The translations under genes were made by a program, and so were the position numbers. The notes below the pieces were generated by a model that saw nothing but the letters and a program-made list of their open reading frames with translations, made no database searches and was not told where the DNA came from. DNA of 64,000 nt from an uncultured delta proteobacterium. GTDB taxonomy: Bacteria; Desulfobacterota; RBG-13-43-22. Numbering within the stretch: the first letter of the stretch is position 1; the number at the start of each line of letters is the position of its first letter. The stretch spans positions 640,001 through 704,000 of the forward strand of contig CAWBOS010000006.1 of assembly GCA_963790475.1 (NCBI GenBank). Direction: 5' to 3'. Positions 37,585-46,988 of this stretch are shown here, in pieces.

Positions 37585-37977
37585 TCAAGAAAAGAATTAT
37601 CAATAGAAAGCTCAAAAGGGATTTAAATGTCAAAGATGACCTGAAAGAAGTGGCGGAAAGGTTGAATCGGAAATATTTCGGCGGGCGATTGAAAATCGAT
37701 TCAATTGAATACTCAACCAACCAGAACAAGAGATTCGGCTGTTGCAACTTCAAAACCGGAAAAATTCTCATTTCCCACAGGCTGGCCGGCATGCCCGATT
37801 GGGTAAGGGATTATGTGATCTTTCATGAATTGGCCCACCTGATCATCCCCAACCACAGCCGGGCTTTTCAGGCCTTGGCCGCAAAATACAGCCGGAAAGA
37901 AAGGGCCATCGGCTATTTAATGGCCAAGGGATATGAGGAAGAGGAGCCGGACACCGATGAATAAACCTCGAGGTAGC

Positions 37978-38020
37978 AAGGAGATTCATGGCCCGGTTCC
38001 ATATCTCAAAGGATCCACCC
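37978..38020 (+). repeat. 43-bp direct repeat, copy 1
   Basis: AAGGAGATTCATGGCCCGGTTCCATATCTCAAAGGATCCACCC; 42/43 identical to 42857-42899. Confidence 0.9.
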
Positions 38021-38092
38021 AAGCAACCAGGCCTTGCAGTTCCGACCCAATGCCGGTTGACGTCGTCCCCTATGTCCCCCTGGTCTGTCGCC

Positions 38093-38770
38093 TTACCAAA
38101 TGAAGGGCACAAGACGGTAATGCACCTTCTGACGATAAGCATCATAGCCGCTCAAGTTTGTTGCGAGATATTTCTCTTCCTCAAGTAGTCTGACCGCCAC
38201 GACGAGTATCAAAGGCAGGGGACAAGCGATCGCCACCCAGGACCCTAGAGCCGGCGGCGTAAACATCAGTAAGAGGATAGCACCCGCATACATGGGATGC
38301 CGAACCACACGATACGGCCCACTGGAGATCACCTTTTGCTCTTGGGACACTTCGATTACGGCGCTGGTATAACTGTTTTCCCGGAAGACCAGAAAAACAA
38401 TCAGAAAACCAAGCGCCACGAACCCATCGGAAATCAAGCTCACCACCGTCGGCACCTCCGACCAGTGAAAACGAAAATCCAAACCGGGTACGATGAACAG
38501 ACCGACAAAAAACAAACTGGCCAGGCTCTGAATGATTCGCTGACTCTTTTGGGTTTCGGCGGTCGGACCGGCCTTCAGGCGACTGGCTAACAATTTTGGA
38601 TCATATTTGATCAAATAAGCGGTGATGAAGATCGTACAGACTGAGAAGACGGCTAAGTAGGCCCATGCTTGCCAGAAGCTGAGTGTTCCGGCTGGCAAGA
38701 AAAGTGAGAGAAATAGGACCAGCATCAAAAAGGCAAATCCCATAGTGGTTTTCGCAAGTAATGTGCCCAT
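38093..38770 (-). CDS. Isoprenylcysteine carboxylmethyltransferase family membrane protein
   Basis: VISSGPYRVVRHPMY, EEKYL...L.GY..Y...V.YRLVPFIW. Confidence 0.92.
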   Translation of the reverse strand: MGTLLAKTTMGFAFLMLVLFLSLFLPAGTLSFWQAWAYLAVFSVCTIFITAYLIKYDPKLLASRLKAGPTAETQKSQRIIQSLASLFFVGLFIVPGLDFRFHWSEVPTVVSLISDGFVALGFLIVFLVFRENSYTSAVIEVSQEQKVISSGPYRVVRHPMYAGAILLLMFTPPALGSWVAIACPLPLILVVAVRLLEEEKYLATNLSGYDAYRQKVHYRLVPFIW

Positions 38771-38824
38771 TTATATCTCCGTCTTTTTGTCTCGCCATTC
38801 GACTTGATGGCCCAACGGCCCTTT

Positions 38825-39500
38825 TTATCGAGGTGAAGGCACAATCCCAGTGGCGAAGCCCGCCAGCGCGCGCTTCCGGTCTGTTTCCGGACCGAAGTTG
38901 CGCTGCTCCTCCAGCGACAGGCCGCAAGATTTGAGGAACGCCGCAACTCGCTCTCTCACCGGCGGCATGTTGTCGATCCCGAACCCCCGGAATGGCTCGC
39001 CGGTGGCCTTGAGAACGGCTCTGGCGTAGCGCATAAAGAGTGATCGCGACTTGATGATCTCAACCGAGAAGTAGTCGAAGGCGACGACACTGCCGGTAGC
39101 GGTTCCGGCGATCTTGCGCAAAGTACCCTCGACCGCCTCCCGGTCCAGGTACATCGTCACGGACTCCCAAAGGAAAAAGCTTGGCTTGTCCGGCTCAAAA
39201 CCCGCGGTTACAAGCTTCTCGAGCCAATCCTTTCTTAGGAAATCAGCAGGCATGTACCTGACCCGTGTCGTGTCTACGCCTGCCTTCTTCAGCATCTCGC
39301 GCTTGAACTCTTGAGTCTTTGGTCCGTCGATCTCAAAGCATGGGACTCCCGCTTCCGGTCGCAGTCGATATGAGCGGGTGTCGAAGCCCGCGCCGAGAAA
39401 GACGAGCTGGTCGATGTCGGCCAGGTGCCGCTCCAGAGCCGCATCATAAAAGGTCGTCCGGGAGGCGGACTGATGTCTCATCGGGGGCACACCCTCGTAG
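38825..39500 (-). pseudogene. 5'-truncated LCM-family SAM-dependent methyltransferase
   Basis: RTTFYD, QLVFLGAGFDTR, FLWESVTMYL; no RBS or complete N-terminus, abrupt shift to AT-rich DNA at about 39505. Confidence 0.75.
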
Positions 39501-39988
39501 GAGCGTAAATAAGGCCGTTGAAAAAAACAAGCATTATCACCAGGCAGAATAAGAAGACCTTCGAGTTTTTCTTCATAATACCCCCCGAAGTTGCATAAAA
39601 AATGATCAGATGTGGTAATTCTATTTTAAAAAACCCAAGCTATTCTAATGAGTTCAAGAGAGGAGTCAAAAGTCACTCCAGGTGTATTTTGGGATTTACT
39701 AAAATATCAATCATTTTTTACCCTTCGGGAAAGCCGTCTGATGCCGTATCTCCTTTGTTGGCAAGGGTTCGCAGTACTTAAGTACAGCTTCACCCTTGCC
39801 GCCTCGGATCTATAGCATCCTGCGCTTTTGCAGCATTCGGGTATTTTTACCCAATATGGTGCTCACCGGCGTGGCCAGCCCTTTTGCCACGTCTGAGGCG
39901 CCGGCTTTTTGCAGGGGGACCTTTTCTCTTGACTGTGGCCTTTTGACGGGTGAACCCACCCTACCCCACCTTATAGAAATTCCTCTGA

Positions 39989-42517
39989 CTAATTCAAACG
40001 ATACCCTTTTTCCCTGAAAAGCATCAGGCAGGCATCCACAACGTCGGGATCATAGAGGATGCCTTCATTTTTCGAGATTTCTTCCAAGGCCTTTTCAATC
40101 CCATAGGCCGGCCGATAGGGTCGGTGGGAGGCAATAGCCTCAACCACATCGGCTACCGCCAGAATGCGGGACTCCAAAAGAATCTCTTCTCCCTTAAGAC
40201 CTCGGGGATATCCGGATCCATTCATCCTTTCATGATGCTCCCAGACCATTCTGGATATAGGCCAGACGAATTGAATATCTTTTAGGATGTCATATCCTTT
40301 CTGAGGATGAGCCTTAATTAGACCGAATTCGATGTCTGACAATTTTGTGTGCTTGCTCAAGATCTCTGCCGGAACCGAAATCTTGCCCAGATCATGGATC
40401 ACCGCGGCTAACCTGATACCATCAACCTGCTCTGCCGGGAGGCCCATCTCCTGGGCAATGGCCCGGGCCAGCTCAGACACGCGCTGTTGATGTCCGGAAG
40501 TAGAAGGATCTCGGGCCTCTACGGTCGCTGCCGTAACCTTTATAACCTCCTCCATGGCCTTTCGGAGATTGGTCATGGTTTGGTGAAGCTCTTCTTCAGT
40601 CCTCTTACGCATGATAATACCCGCCAAAGTATTGGCATATGCTATTAAAAACTCCTCTACGTAGAATTGAGCGGCATAGCCTTCTTTTATATATAAATTT
40701 AATACTCCGAGGACTTGTTTTAAATATAGAATAGGAACACAGTAATGACCGTGAGGTCTCATTCCCTTATAAGAAATATCATGGCGATCATCGATGCAAT
40801 TTGCATATTCTATCTTCCCATTCTTGGCCGCCCTCCCGCAAAGACATTTCCCAAAAGGGACCTGTGCACATGCAGTCCATAGGGGTTCGGCTAATCCTTG
40901 TTGGGATTTCAGGACCAAGATTTCAGGTGCTTTCTCAATAATAAAAATGCAACCCTTTGCTTCAAGAGCCAGCCAGGGGAGGGAAAGGATCAATTGAAGG
41001 GAACGCTCCAGGGTTTCTTGAAGGGAAATATCTTGTAAAGAAAAGCTCAGTAGGGAGTTGATCACTCCTTGTATATCATGATTTCGCTTAAGCTCTTCTT
41101 CCGCCTGTTTGCGTTGGCTAATGTCTCGAATAAGGCCGGTGAAAAATATTTCATTTCCGGCTGTCCATTGGGCCAAAGAAAGTTCCATAGAAAATTCTGC
41201 CCCATCTTTTTTTAATCCAAACAGTTCAGAGGTCTTTCCAATTAAACGACCCTCTCCACCGGATTGGATTTGTTCCATTCCCTTTAGGTAGGCTTCCCGG
41301 TACCGTTCCGGCATGAGTATAGCCAGGGACCGCCCCAGAACCTCCTCCTCTTGATAGGCAAACATATTGGCCGCCGCAGGGTTCCAGAAATTAATCTTTC
41401 CCGAGGAGTCACTGGAGATCATGGCGTCGTTCACCGATTGGGCCACGGAATAAAACTTGGCTTCCGACTCCATGCGTGTGCGGGCTTTTTCCAGATCAAT
41501 AATTTTCTGTTGGGCCGTGGTCAACTGATTTTCAAACCGCACCAGGAAATAACGGAATAAAAAAAAGAGCACTCCTCCCAGGGAAACGGTGAAAATGGCT
41601 ATAACCCGCATAGTGGAATAAAGATTGGTGGCTTGGCTGGTTACATCGATCAGGACAATCATATCGCCCACTTCCACACCTTGAACATCTTGAATAGCCA
41701 AAAATCGATACCGATATCGCCGATTTTGTGAGAGTATTTCTTCATCAAGGGCCCCAGGATGATGAGATCCTTCATGAAAAAATTTGGTCAGGATCTCCGG
41801 GTTTACCGGTAAAGTCTGTTCCAGTAAGACGACATCCGGAAACCGGTCCCAGTCATAGGTCCGGCCCATCATTTTCATTCCCGCCTCCCAACCTGGACGA
41901 TCAAGAAATTTTTTGTGGAGATGGACTATGAGGTCTACTCCAACAGTTTTTTTCAATTTGGCGATAATGTGGTAGAGATCCTCACCCAGTTCTACAAAAC
42001 CAATCCTTTTGCCATTTATGATCATCGGGGCCACGACCCTCAAGGTCAAGGTCCCCATGGGACCCAACTCCAGTCCGTAAGCGATCTTTCCGGTCTTTTC
42101 TGCTGTTAAGGTAGTAAGGCGGTCGATTCGATCCCCGTATTGGTCGGGTTGATGGACCCGGAGAAGGTTGATCCGCTGGGCATTACTGAAATACAAATGA
42201 GTTACAGGGTATTGGAAAGATATTTTTTTGAATAAGGGAGCGGTATGGGAAAGCAAGGCCTTGCGATCTTCGGCCTTTAAGGCCGTTTGAATGGCCCGGT
42301 CATTCATAATCGTTTCCAGCATGCCGCTGAAAAGGTGGGCGTCATTCTCCAATTGGGAATAGAAAAAGTGCTCGGTCGAATTAAACTGGCGATCAACCCT
42401 TTGTTTGATATTATTTCGCTCGATCCAATAGAGACTGGCCAAAAAAACGATCAGGAGAAAGAATAATCCAAGGGTTAAGGGTATAAGAATCCGATCTTTT
42501 AGGGAGGTTTTCATCAT
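39989..42517 (-). CDS. Membrane Cache-like sensor + PAS + GAF + HD-GYP phosphodiesterase
   Basis: Two TMs around LLRVHQP..YGD; PAS WNPAAANMF; GAF GKCLCGRAA..HGHYCVP; HDLGKI, HHERMNGSGYP. Confidence 0.92.
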   Translation of the reverse strand: MMKTSLKDRILIPLTLGLFFLLIVFLASLYWIERNNIKQRVDRQFNSTEHFFYSQLENDAHLFSGMLETIMNDRAIQTALKAEDRKALLSHTAPLFKKISFQYPVTHLYFSNAQRINLLRVHQPDQYGDRIDRLTTLTAEKTGKIAYGLELGPMGTLTLRVVAPMIINGKRIGFVELGEDLYHIIAKLKKTVGVDLIVHLHKKFLDRPGWEAGMKMMGRTYDWDRFPDVVLLEQTLPVNPEILTKFFHEGSHHPGALDEEILSQNRRYRYRFLAIQDVQGVEVGDMIVLIDVTSQATNLYSTMRVIAIFTVSLGGVLFFLFRYFLVRFENQLTTAQQKIIDLEKARTRMESEAKFYSVAQSVNDAMISSDSSGKINFWNPAAANMFAYQEEEVLGRSLAILMPERYREAYLKGMEQIQSGGEGRLIGKTSELFGLKKDGAEFSMELSLAQWTAGNEIFFTGLIRDISQRKQAEEELKRNHDIQGVINSLLSFSLQDISLQETLERSLQLILSLPWLALEAKGCIFIIEKAPEILVLKSQQGLAEPLWTACAQVPFGKCLCGRAAKNGKIEYANCIDDRHDISYKGMRPHGHYCVPILYLKQVLGVLNLYIKEGYAAQFYVEEFLIAYANTLAGIIMRKRTEEELHQTMTNLRKAMEEVIKVTAATVEARDPSTSGHQQRVSELARAIAQEMGLPAEQVDGIRLAAVIHDLGKISVPAEILSKHTKLSDIEFGLIKAHPQKGYDILKDIQFVWPISRMVWEHHERMNGSGYPRGLKGEEILLESRILAVADVVEAIASHRPYRPAYGIEKALEEISKNEGILYDPDVVDACLMLFREKGYRLN

Positions 42518-42782
42518 CACCCTGACTTTTATTCGAAAATGAGGTCTATTTTTTATCCGCCGTATATTCTTAAGGGATTTTGAAGTGTAAATCAATTTTA
42601 TTAATTCTTAGGGTCTATTTTATTCCATAAAATATTAAGCACCTTCTGTTGATTAATGGTAGAACTCTTCAAGACCTGCCCCCCGATCTCCACATCCTCA
42701 TATTCAGTGAGAACCCCATCCCCGTTGGCATCCATAAAATCTATTTCTACACAAAAGGATTAGGGTATTTTTTAGAGAATTC

Positions 42783-42810
42783 TTGACAAATTAGCCGGTT
42801 ATGTTATTCT
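42783..42810 (+). promoter_or_regulatory. Putative sigma70 promoter upstream of 43-bp repeat copy 2
   Basis: TTGACA (42783), 16 nt spacer, TGn-TATTCT. Confidence 0.45.
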
Positions 42811-42856
42811 AATTTGTAATATTTTTTGTCTTACACCCATTCATCCACGAGATCTT

Positions 42857-42899
42857 AAGGAGATTCATGGCCCGGTTCCATATCTCAAAAGATCCACCC
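42857..42899 (+). repeat. 43-bp direct repeat, copy 2
   Basis: See 37978-38020. Confidence 0.9.
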
Positions 42900-42916
42900 G
42901 ATAAAACACCCATTGC

Positions 42917-43075
42917 TTTACCGACGATGCTCGAAAATATGTTTCTCAAATTGGGAGCAAAATCGTCTTAATTGATGGGGAGCAGCTCACCAGTTTTATG
43001 ATCGAGCATGACGTTGGAGTTTCTACTGTATCCATGTATCCTGTGAAGAAAATTGATATTGACTATTTTGATTAA
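42917..43075 (+). pseudogene. mrr: Mrr restriction endonuclease C-terminal remnant
   Basis: Manual translation FTDDARKYVSQIGSKIVLIDGEQLTSFMIEHDVGVSTVSMYPVKKIDIDYFD*, the typical Mrr C-terminus. Confidence 0.85.
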
Positions 43076-43121
43076 CTGAAAATTACACCTGATCGCAGAC
43101 AAAGCAGCCTCCCGAAGGGAT

Positions 43122-43179
43122 AGGGCCAGACCTATTTTTTAGCATTTTGATTCAGTGACAAGGAAATAGACCTGACCCC
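43122..43179. repeat. REP-like palindrome (GGGTCAGGTCTATTTT family)
   Basis: AGGGCCAGACCTATTTT...GCATTTTG...AAATAGACCTGACCCC; relatives at 43318-43372 and 44416-44472. Confidence 0.7.
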
Positions 43180-43317
43180 GCAGGTTTTATTGGAAGATGT
43201 CATGTGCGATCCGGGCGCTGGAGTCGTGCCGCAAGACGGCTAAAGATCCCGGTCTTGCTCATTGGCGGGGAGTCCAGCCCGCAATCCTGGGAAGCGGCCG
43301 AGGATGCAAGAAGGGGC

Positions 43318-43372
43318 GGGGTCAAGTCTATTTTTATGGCATTTTGCTTAAAAAATGACAAATAGAGAGCCC
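43318..43372. repeat. REP-like palindrome, same family
   Basis: GGGGTCAAGTCTATTTTT..GGCATTTTGC..TGACAAATAGA. Confidence 0.65.
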
Positions 43373-43468
43373 TTATTTTGCCCCTGCAGAGAAAATAGGG
43401 ACAGCTGTCCCTACTTAAAACGTAAAACTTTAGAGAAACTTGTTGGCCGGCACTATGGGAGAGAAAAT

Positions 43469-44353
43469 TTGAACCAAGGAACCTGGTATGCTGTGGGGGC
43501 TTATTTAATCTGGGGGTTGTTTCCGTTGTATTGGAAGGAAATCCAGCATGTCCCCGCGCTACAATTGCTTGGCCATCGCATTTTGTGGTCTTTTCTGATC
43601 CTGGTGGGTATCCTCCTATTTACACACCAGTGGAGGACCTTCCGCGCCACCGCTCTTCCGCGGTCAATTGTTCGCATTTACAGTGCCGCCGCATTGCTGA
43701 TCGGTTTTAATTGGCTCGTTTATGTTTGGGCGGTCAATGCCGGTTTCATCATTGAGGCCAGCCTGGGCTATTTCATCAACCCCCTTATCAGTATTCTTCT
43801 GGGGGTAATTTTCTTTCGCGAACGCCTTCGTCCCTGGCAATGGATCTCCATTGGATTGGCGACGATTGGCGTAATCTATTTAAACTTCACTTACGGCAGG
43901 TTGCCTTGGATCGCCCTGACCCTAGCTCTCTCTTTTGGTCTCTATGGCATGGTCAAAAAGGCCGCTCCCCTGGGTTCACTCTATGGCTTGACCTTGGAGA
44001 CTGGCCTCCTGTTTTTACCGGCTTTGCTCTACCTTGTATATTCCGACCAGGTCGGTCAAGGGGCTTTCCTGCATACGGGCGCCGGTTCAGATCTACTAAT
44101 GGTTGGAGCGGGATTGGTGACGACTGTTCCGCTCCTTATGTTTGCATCCGCTGTGCGGCGTATCCCGCTCTCCCTGGCAGGAATTCTCCAATACATCACC
44201 CCAACATTACAATTTCTTTGCGGTGTATTGATCTATAGAGAACCGTTCTCTTCTGCTCAACTCGTTGGCTTTGGGATTGTATGGGGGGCACTGATTATCT
44301 TTGTAACGGAAGGATTCCTTGCCATTCGCCGGTCACTGGTAAGGGATACCTAA
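43469..44353 (+). CDS. rarD: EamA family transporter RarD
   Basis: AY.IWGLFPLYWK, HRILWS, ASLGYFINPL, LQYITPT; TTG start 43469 after GGGAGAG. Confidence 0.92.
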   Translation: MNQGTWYAVGAYLIWGLFPLYWKEIQHVPALQLLGHRILWSFLILVGILLFTHQWRTFRATALPRSIVRIYSAAALLIGFNWLVYVWAVNAGFIIEASLGYFINPLISILLGVIFFRERLRPWQWISIGLATIGVIYLNFTYGRLPWIALTLALSFGLYGMVKKAAPLGSLYGLTLETGLLFLPALLYLVYSDQVGQGAFLHTGAGSDLLMVGAGLVTTVPLLMFASAVRRIPLSLAGILQYITPTLQFLCGVLIYREPFSSAQLVGFGIVWGALIIFVTEGFLAIRRSLVRDT

Positions 44354-44415
44354 CAACCATCTCAACACCAACTCGGAGCTTTGGAAAAATCCGGGGACAT
44401 CCATGCCTATTTTTT

Positions 44416-44472
44416 AGGGCCAGGTCTATTTTCTTGTCATTACAGCAAAATGCCAAGAAAATACTCCTGACC
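44416..44472. repeat. REP-like palindrome, same family, opposite orientation
   Basis: AGGGCCAGGTCTATTTTCTTGTCA..GCAAAATGCC..AAAATACTCCTGACC. Confidence 0.7.
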
Positions 44473-44515
44473 AGGGTGGTGCGAGCACATTGATCGGAAC
44501 GATGAGAGCCCTGAG

Positions 44516-44884
44516 ATGCCCGACGTGAAATTTGTAGATCATGGTGGTAAAAAAGTCCTCCTAATGGATTTTTCAAATGCCAAAGACGGTCGAGAAATAG
44601 TTGAGACAGCCGAAGAAGCCATGCGACTTGTCCGGTTAATGAATCAGCAACGGTCCATTCGAGGATTGCTTGATCTTTCCGGTACATCCTTTAATAAAGT
44701 GGTGAGAGAAACCATGATGAAAATGTCTAAGAACAATGGACCCTATATGAAATCCGTTGCTTTTGTTGGGCTTGGTGTCCTTTTGTCTCCCTTGTTTAGG
44801 GGATTGTTGTTTATGACCGGAAGATCAAATCACAAGGTGTTCAACACAAGAGGCGACGCCCTCGACTGGCTGGTCAAGAATTAG
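44516..44884 (+). CDS. Hypothetical STAS/SEC14 (SpoIIAA-like) protein
   Basis: H.GKKVL.MDFS, L.DLSG, AFVG, F.TR..ALDWL. Confidence 0.7.
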   Translation: MPDVKFVDHGGKKVLLMDFSNAKDGREIVETAEEAMRLVRLMNQQRSIRGLLDLSGTSFNKVVRETMMKMSKNNGPYMKSVAFVGLGVLLSPLFRGLLFMTGRSNHKVFNTRGDALDWLVKN

Positions 44885-44924
44885 ATAGATTAAAGGGAAC
44901 GGTTCTCTTTAAGGCGAAATAATC

Positions 44925-44979
44925 TGTGAAAGTCAGGATTTGACTATAGGGACATTGTCAAATTTAATGGTGACTTCCT
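44925..44979 (+). repeat. 55-bp direct repeat, copy 1
   Basis: TGTGAAAGTCAGGATTTGACTATAGGGACATTGTCAAATTTAATGGTGACTTCCT; 52/55 identical to 53318-53372. Confidence 0.9.
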
Positions 44980-45200
44980 TCCTGAAATCTTCGCTTCTCA
45001 AAGTTTCAAATTTGTTATATATTACAAACCGAAATTGAGGTTGATCAGCCTTCTGGACTCTTACAAACTTTCTTATTTATGCAGGGCTTTTATTCTATTC
45101 TGGGCTCTGATCTCATCCTGCCACCCGGTGTTTGAGCACTATTTGTTATTCTTGTCCTCCAAATGGCAGGGAGAGACTATGAGTATAAAGGAGGTTTGAA

Positions 45201-46829
45201 ATGGGAACTTTGATCTTAAGCCATGGGAAAATAATTGATGGTCTCGGAAATAGGCCATTCGTTGGCCATGTCCTAATCAAAGGCGACCAGATCGGGGCTG
45301 TCTTGAAAGAAAACGAAGCGCTCCCTCCTTCGGATACGATCATTGATGCCAGTAACTATGCCATTGCCCCAGGCTTTATCGATATGCACTCTCATGCGGA
45401 TTGGGTGCTTCCATCTACTAATCATCCAAAACTTCTAAAGTGCCTACTTGAACAAGGTATAACAACGATAGTAGCTGGCAATTGCGGCATATCTCCAGCA
45501 CCACTCAACCATGAGAGATTACAATCTCTCATGTGGCACAACGTTGCCAACTTGTGCATTGATGAACCTCTCAATTATACATGGTATTCTATGGATGAAT
45601 TCCTTGATAAGACTGAACAACTCCAGCCGGTGGTTAATCTGGCCCAATTAGTGGGTCACGGGGCTATCAAAAGCTCGGTAGCTAATACCCCCAATGCGCC
45701 GATGAATTCAGAAGAAATGAAGATTTGTCTAAATGAACTACGTAATGCCCTCGATCAGGGGGCATGTGGACTGAGTTTTGGTCTTGGTTATTCTCCCGGC
45801 ATGTATTCACCGATCGAAGAAATCGAGGCTTTCTGCCGCGTTGCAAAAGCCAGCGAAAAACCGGTGGCGGTACATTTGAAGTCTTATACAAAAATATCCG
45901 CTTTATATCCTGCGACCATTTTTTCCAAGTCACATAATCTAAAGGCACTCAAAGAAATGTTGGATATTGCCCGTCAAACAGGAGTGAAGCTACAGGTCTC
46001 CCATGCCATGTTCGGTGGACGCAAGGCTTGGCCAACTGCAGAAGACTGGATAAGGATGATCGATGACGCCCACGATGAAGGGATAGATGTCATGTTTGAC
46101 GCTTATCCATACACATACGGTAATACATCTATAGATGTTTTGCTGCTCCCAAGATTTATTGAAGCAATGCCGGCGAGTTTCAGAAGCCGATGGGCTCGCA
46201 TGAAACATCATTATCTGGAAGAGATAGCTTTTAGAATGCACGGTATGTCCTATAAAGACTTACAACTGATGGATGCTGCCATCGAAGGATGGGAAGATCT
46301 AAGCGGACTGACAATCTCTGACATAGCACGGAAGAGAAATATATCTCCATTTAACATCGTGCTCACGTTGAGTGAGGCCAGCAAGGGTGCTGCCCTGATC
46401 CTTTATCATGCACTCAATTCCGATCAGATAATTGAGCATGTCCTGCCTCATGATCTATGCCTTTTCGAAACGGATGCGGCGATAAAAAGCAGAGGTTATC
46501 CTAACCCGGCAGCCTTGGGGACATTCCCCAAGATACTTGGCCAATATGTACGCGAAAAGAAGCTCTTAAGTATTGAAAAGGCTATCCAGCGGATGACATC
46601 TGCCAGCGCACAGCGCTTTGGAATTAAAGATAGAGGCGTTTTGGCGCCGGGTAAAGCTGCCGACATCGTGATATTCAATCCTGAGACTGTGTCTGAGACA
46701 CCTCCGCTGAATGACAAGCCTGCTGGCAAGCCAAATGGCATTCTACATGTGTTTGTGAATGGCATCCAAGTCGTCAAGGATGGTAATTACATAGATTCGG
46801 CCAGGGCAGGGCGGGTCCTTAGACTATGA
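45201..46829 (+). CDS. N-acyl-D-amino-acid deacylase family amidohydrolase
   Basis: PGFIDMHSHAD, QGITT..GNCG, DAYPY, GTFP..LG.YVRE, DRG.L..G..ADIV.F. Confidence 0.92.
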   Translation: MGTLILSHGKIIDGLGNRPFVGHVLIKGDQIGAVLKENEALPPSDTIIDASNYAIAPGFIDMHSHADWVLPSTNHPKLLKCLLEQGITTIVAGNCGISPAPLNHERLQSLMWHNVANLCIDEPLNYTWYSMDEFLDKTEQLQPVVNLAQLVGHGAIKSSVANTPNAPMNSEEMKICLNELRNALDQGACGLSFGLGYSPGMYSPIEEIEAFCRVAKASEKPVAVHLKSYTKISALYPATIFSKSHNLKALKEMLDIARQTGVKLQVSHAMFGGRKAWPTAEDWIRMIDDAHDEGIDVMFDAYPYTYGNTSIDVLLLPRFIEAMPASFRSRWARMKHHYLEEIAFRMHGMSYKDLQLMDAAIEGWEDLSGLTISDIARKRNISPFNIVLTLSEASKGAALILYHALNSDQIIEHVLPHDLCLFETDAAIKSRGYPNPAALGTFPKILGQYVREKKLLSIEKAIQRMTSASAQRFGIKDRGVLAPGKAADIVIFNPETVSETPPLNDKPAGKPNGILHVFVNGIQVVKDGNYIDSARAGRVLRL

Positions 46830-46988
46830 AATCTTTCCATTATAGAGAGGACAAATAATCAGGGCCGCCCCCTTTAATTCTTTCTTTTTTTACCGTGCGT
46901 TATTGAGGTTCTCCCCGTGCGCATCGTCTGTTCCCTACCATTGATTTTACTCCTGGTGCTTGTCAAAACAGGGTCGGGCCTAATGCCG

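Larger units (their letters stand above)
34871..37964 (+). pseudogene. YgjP/DUF45 (M48-like) metal-dependent hydrolase interrupted by IS1380
   Basis: N-term IIRSPKRKRTIS..V.AP; C-term DYVIFHELAH..PNHS. Removing 35044-37588 restores the frame EKTISRLKKRIINRK. Confidence 0.9.
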
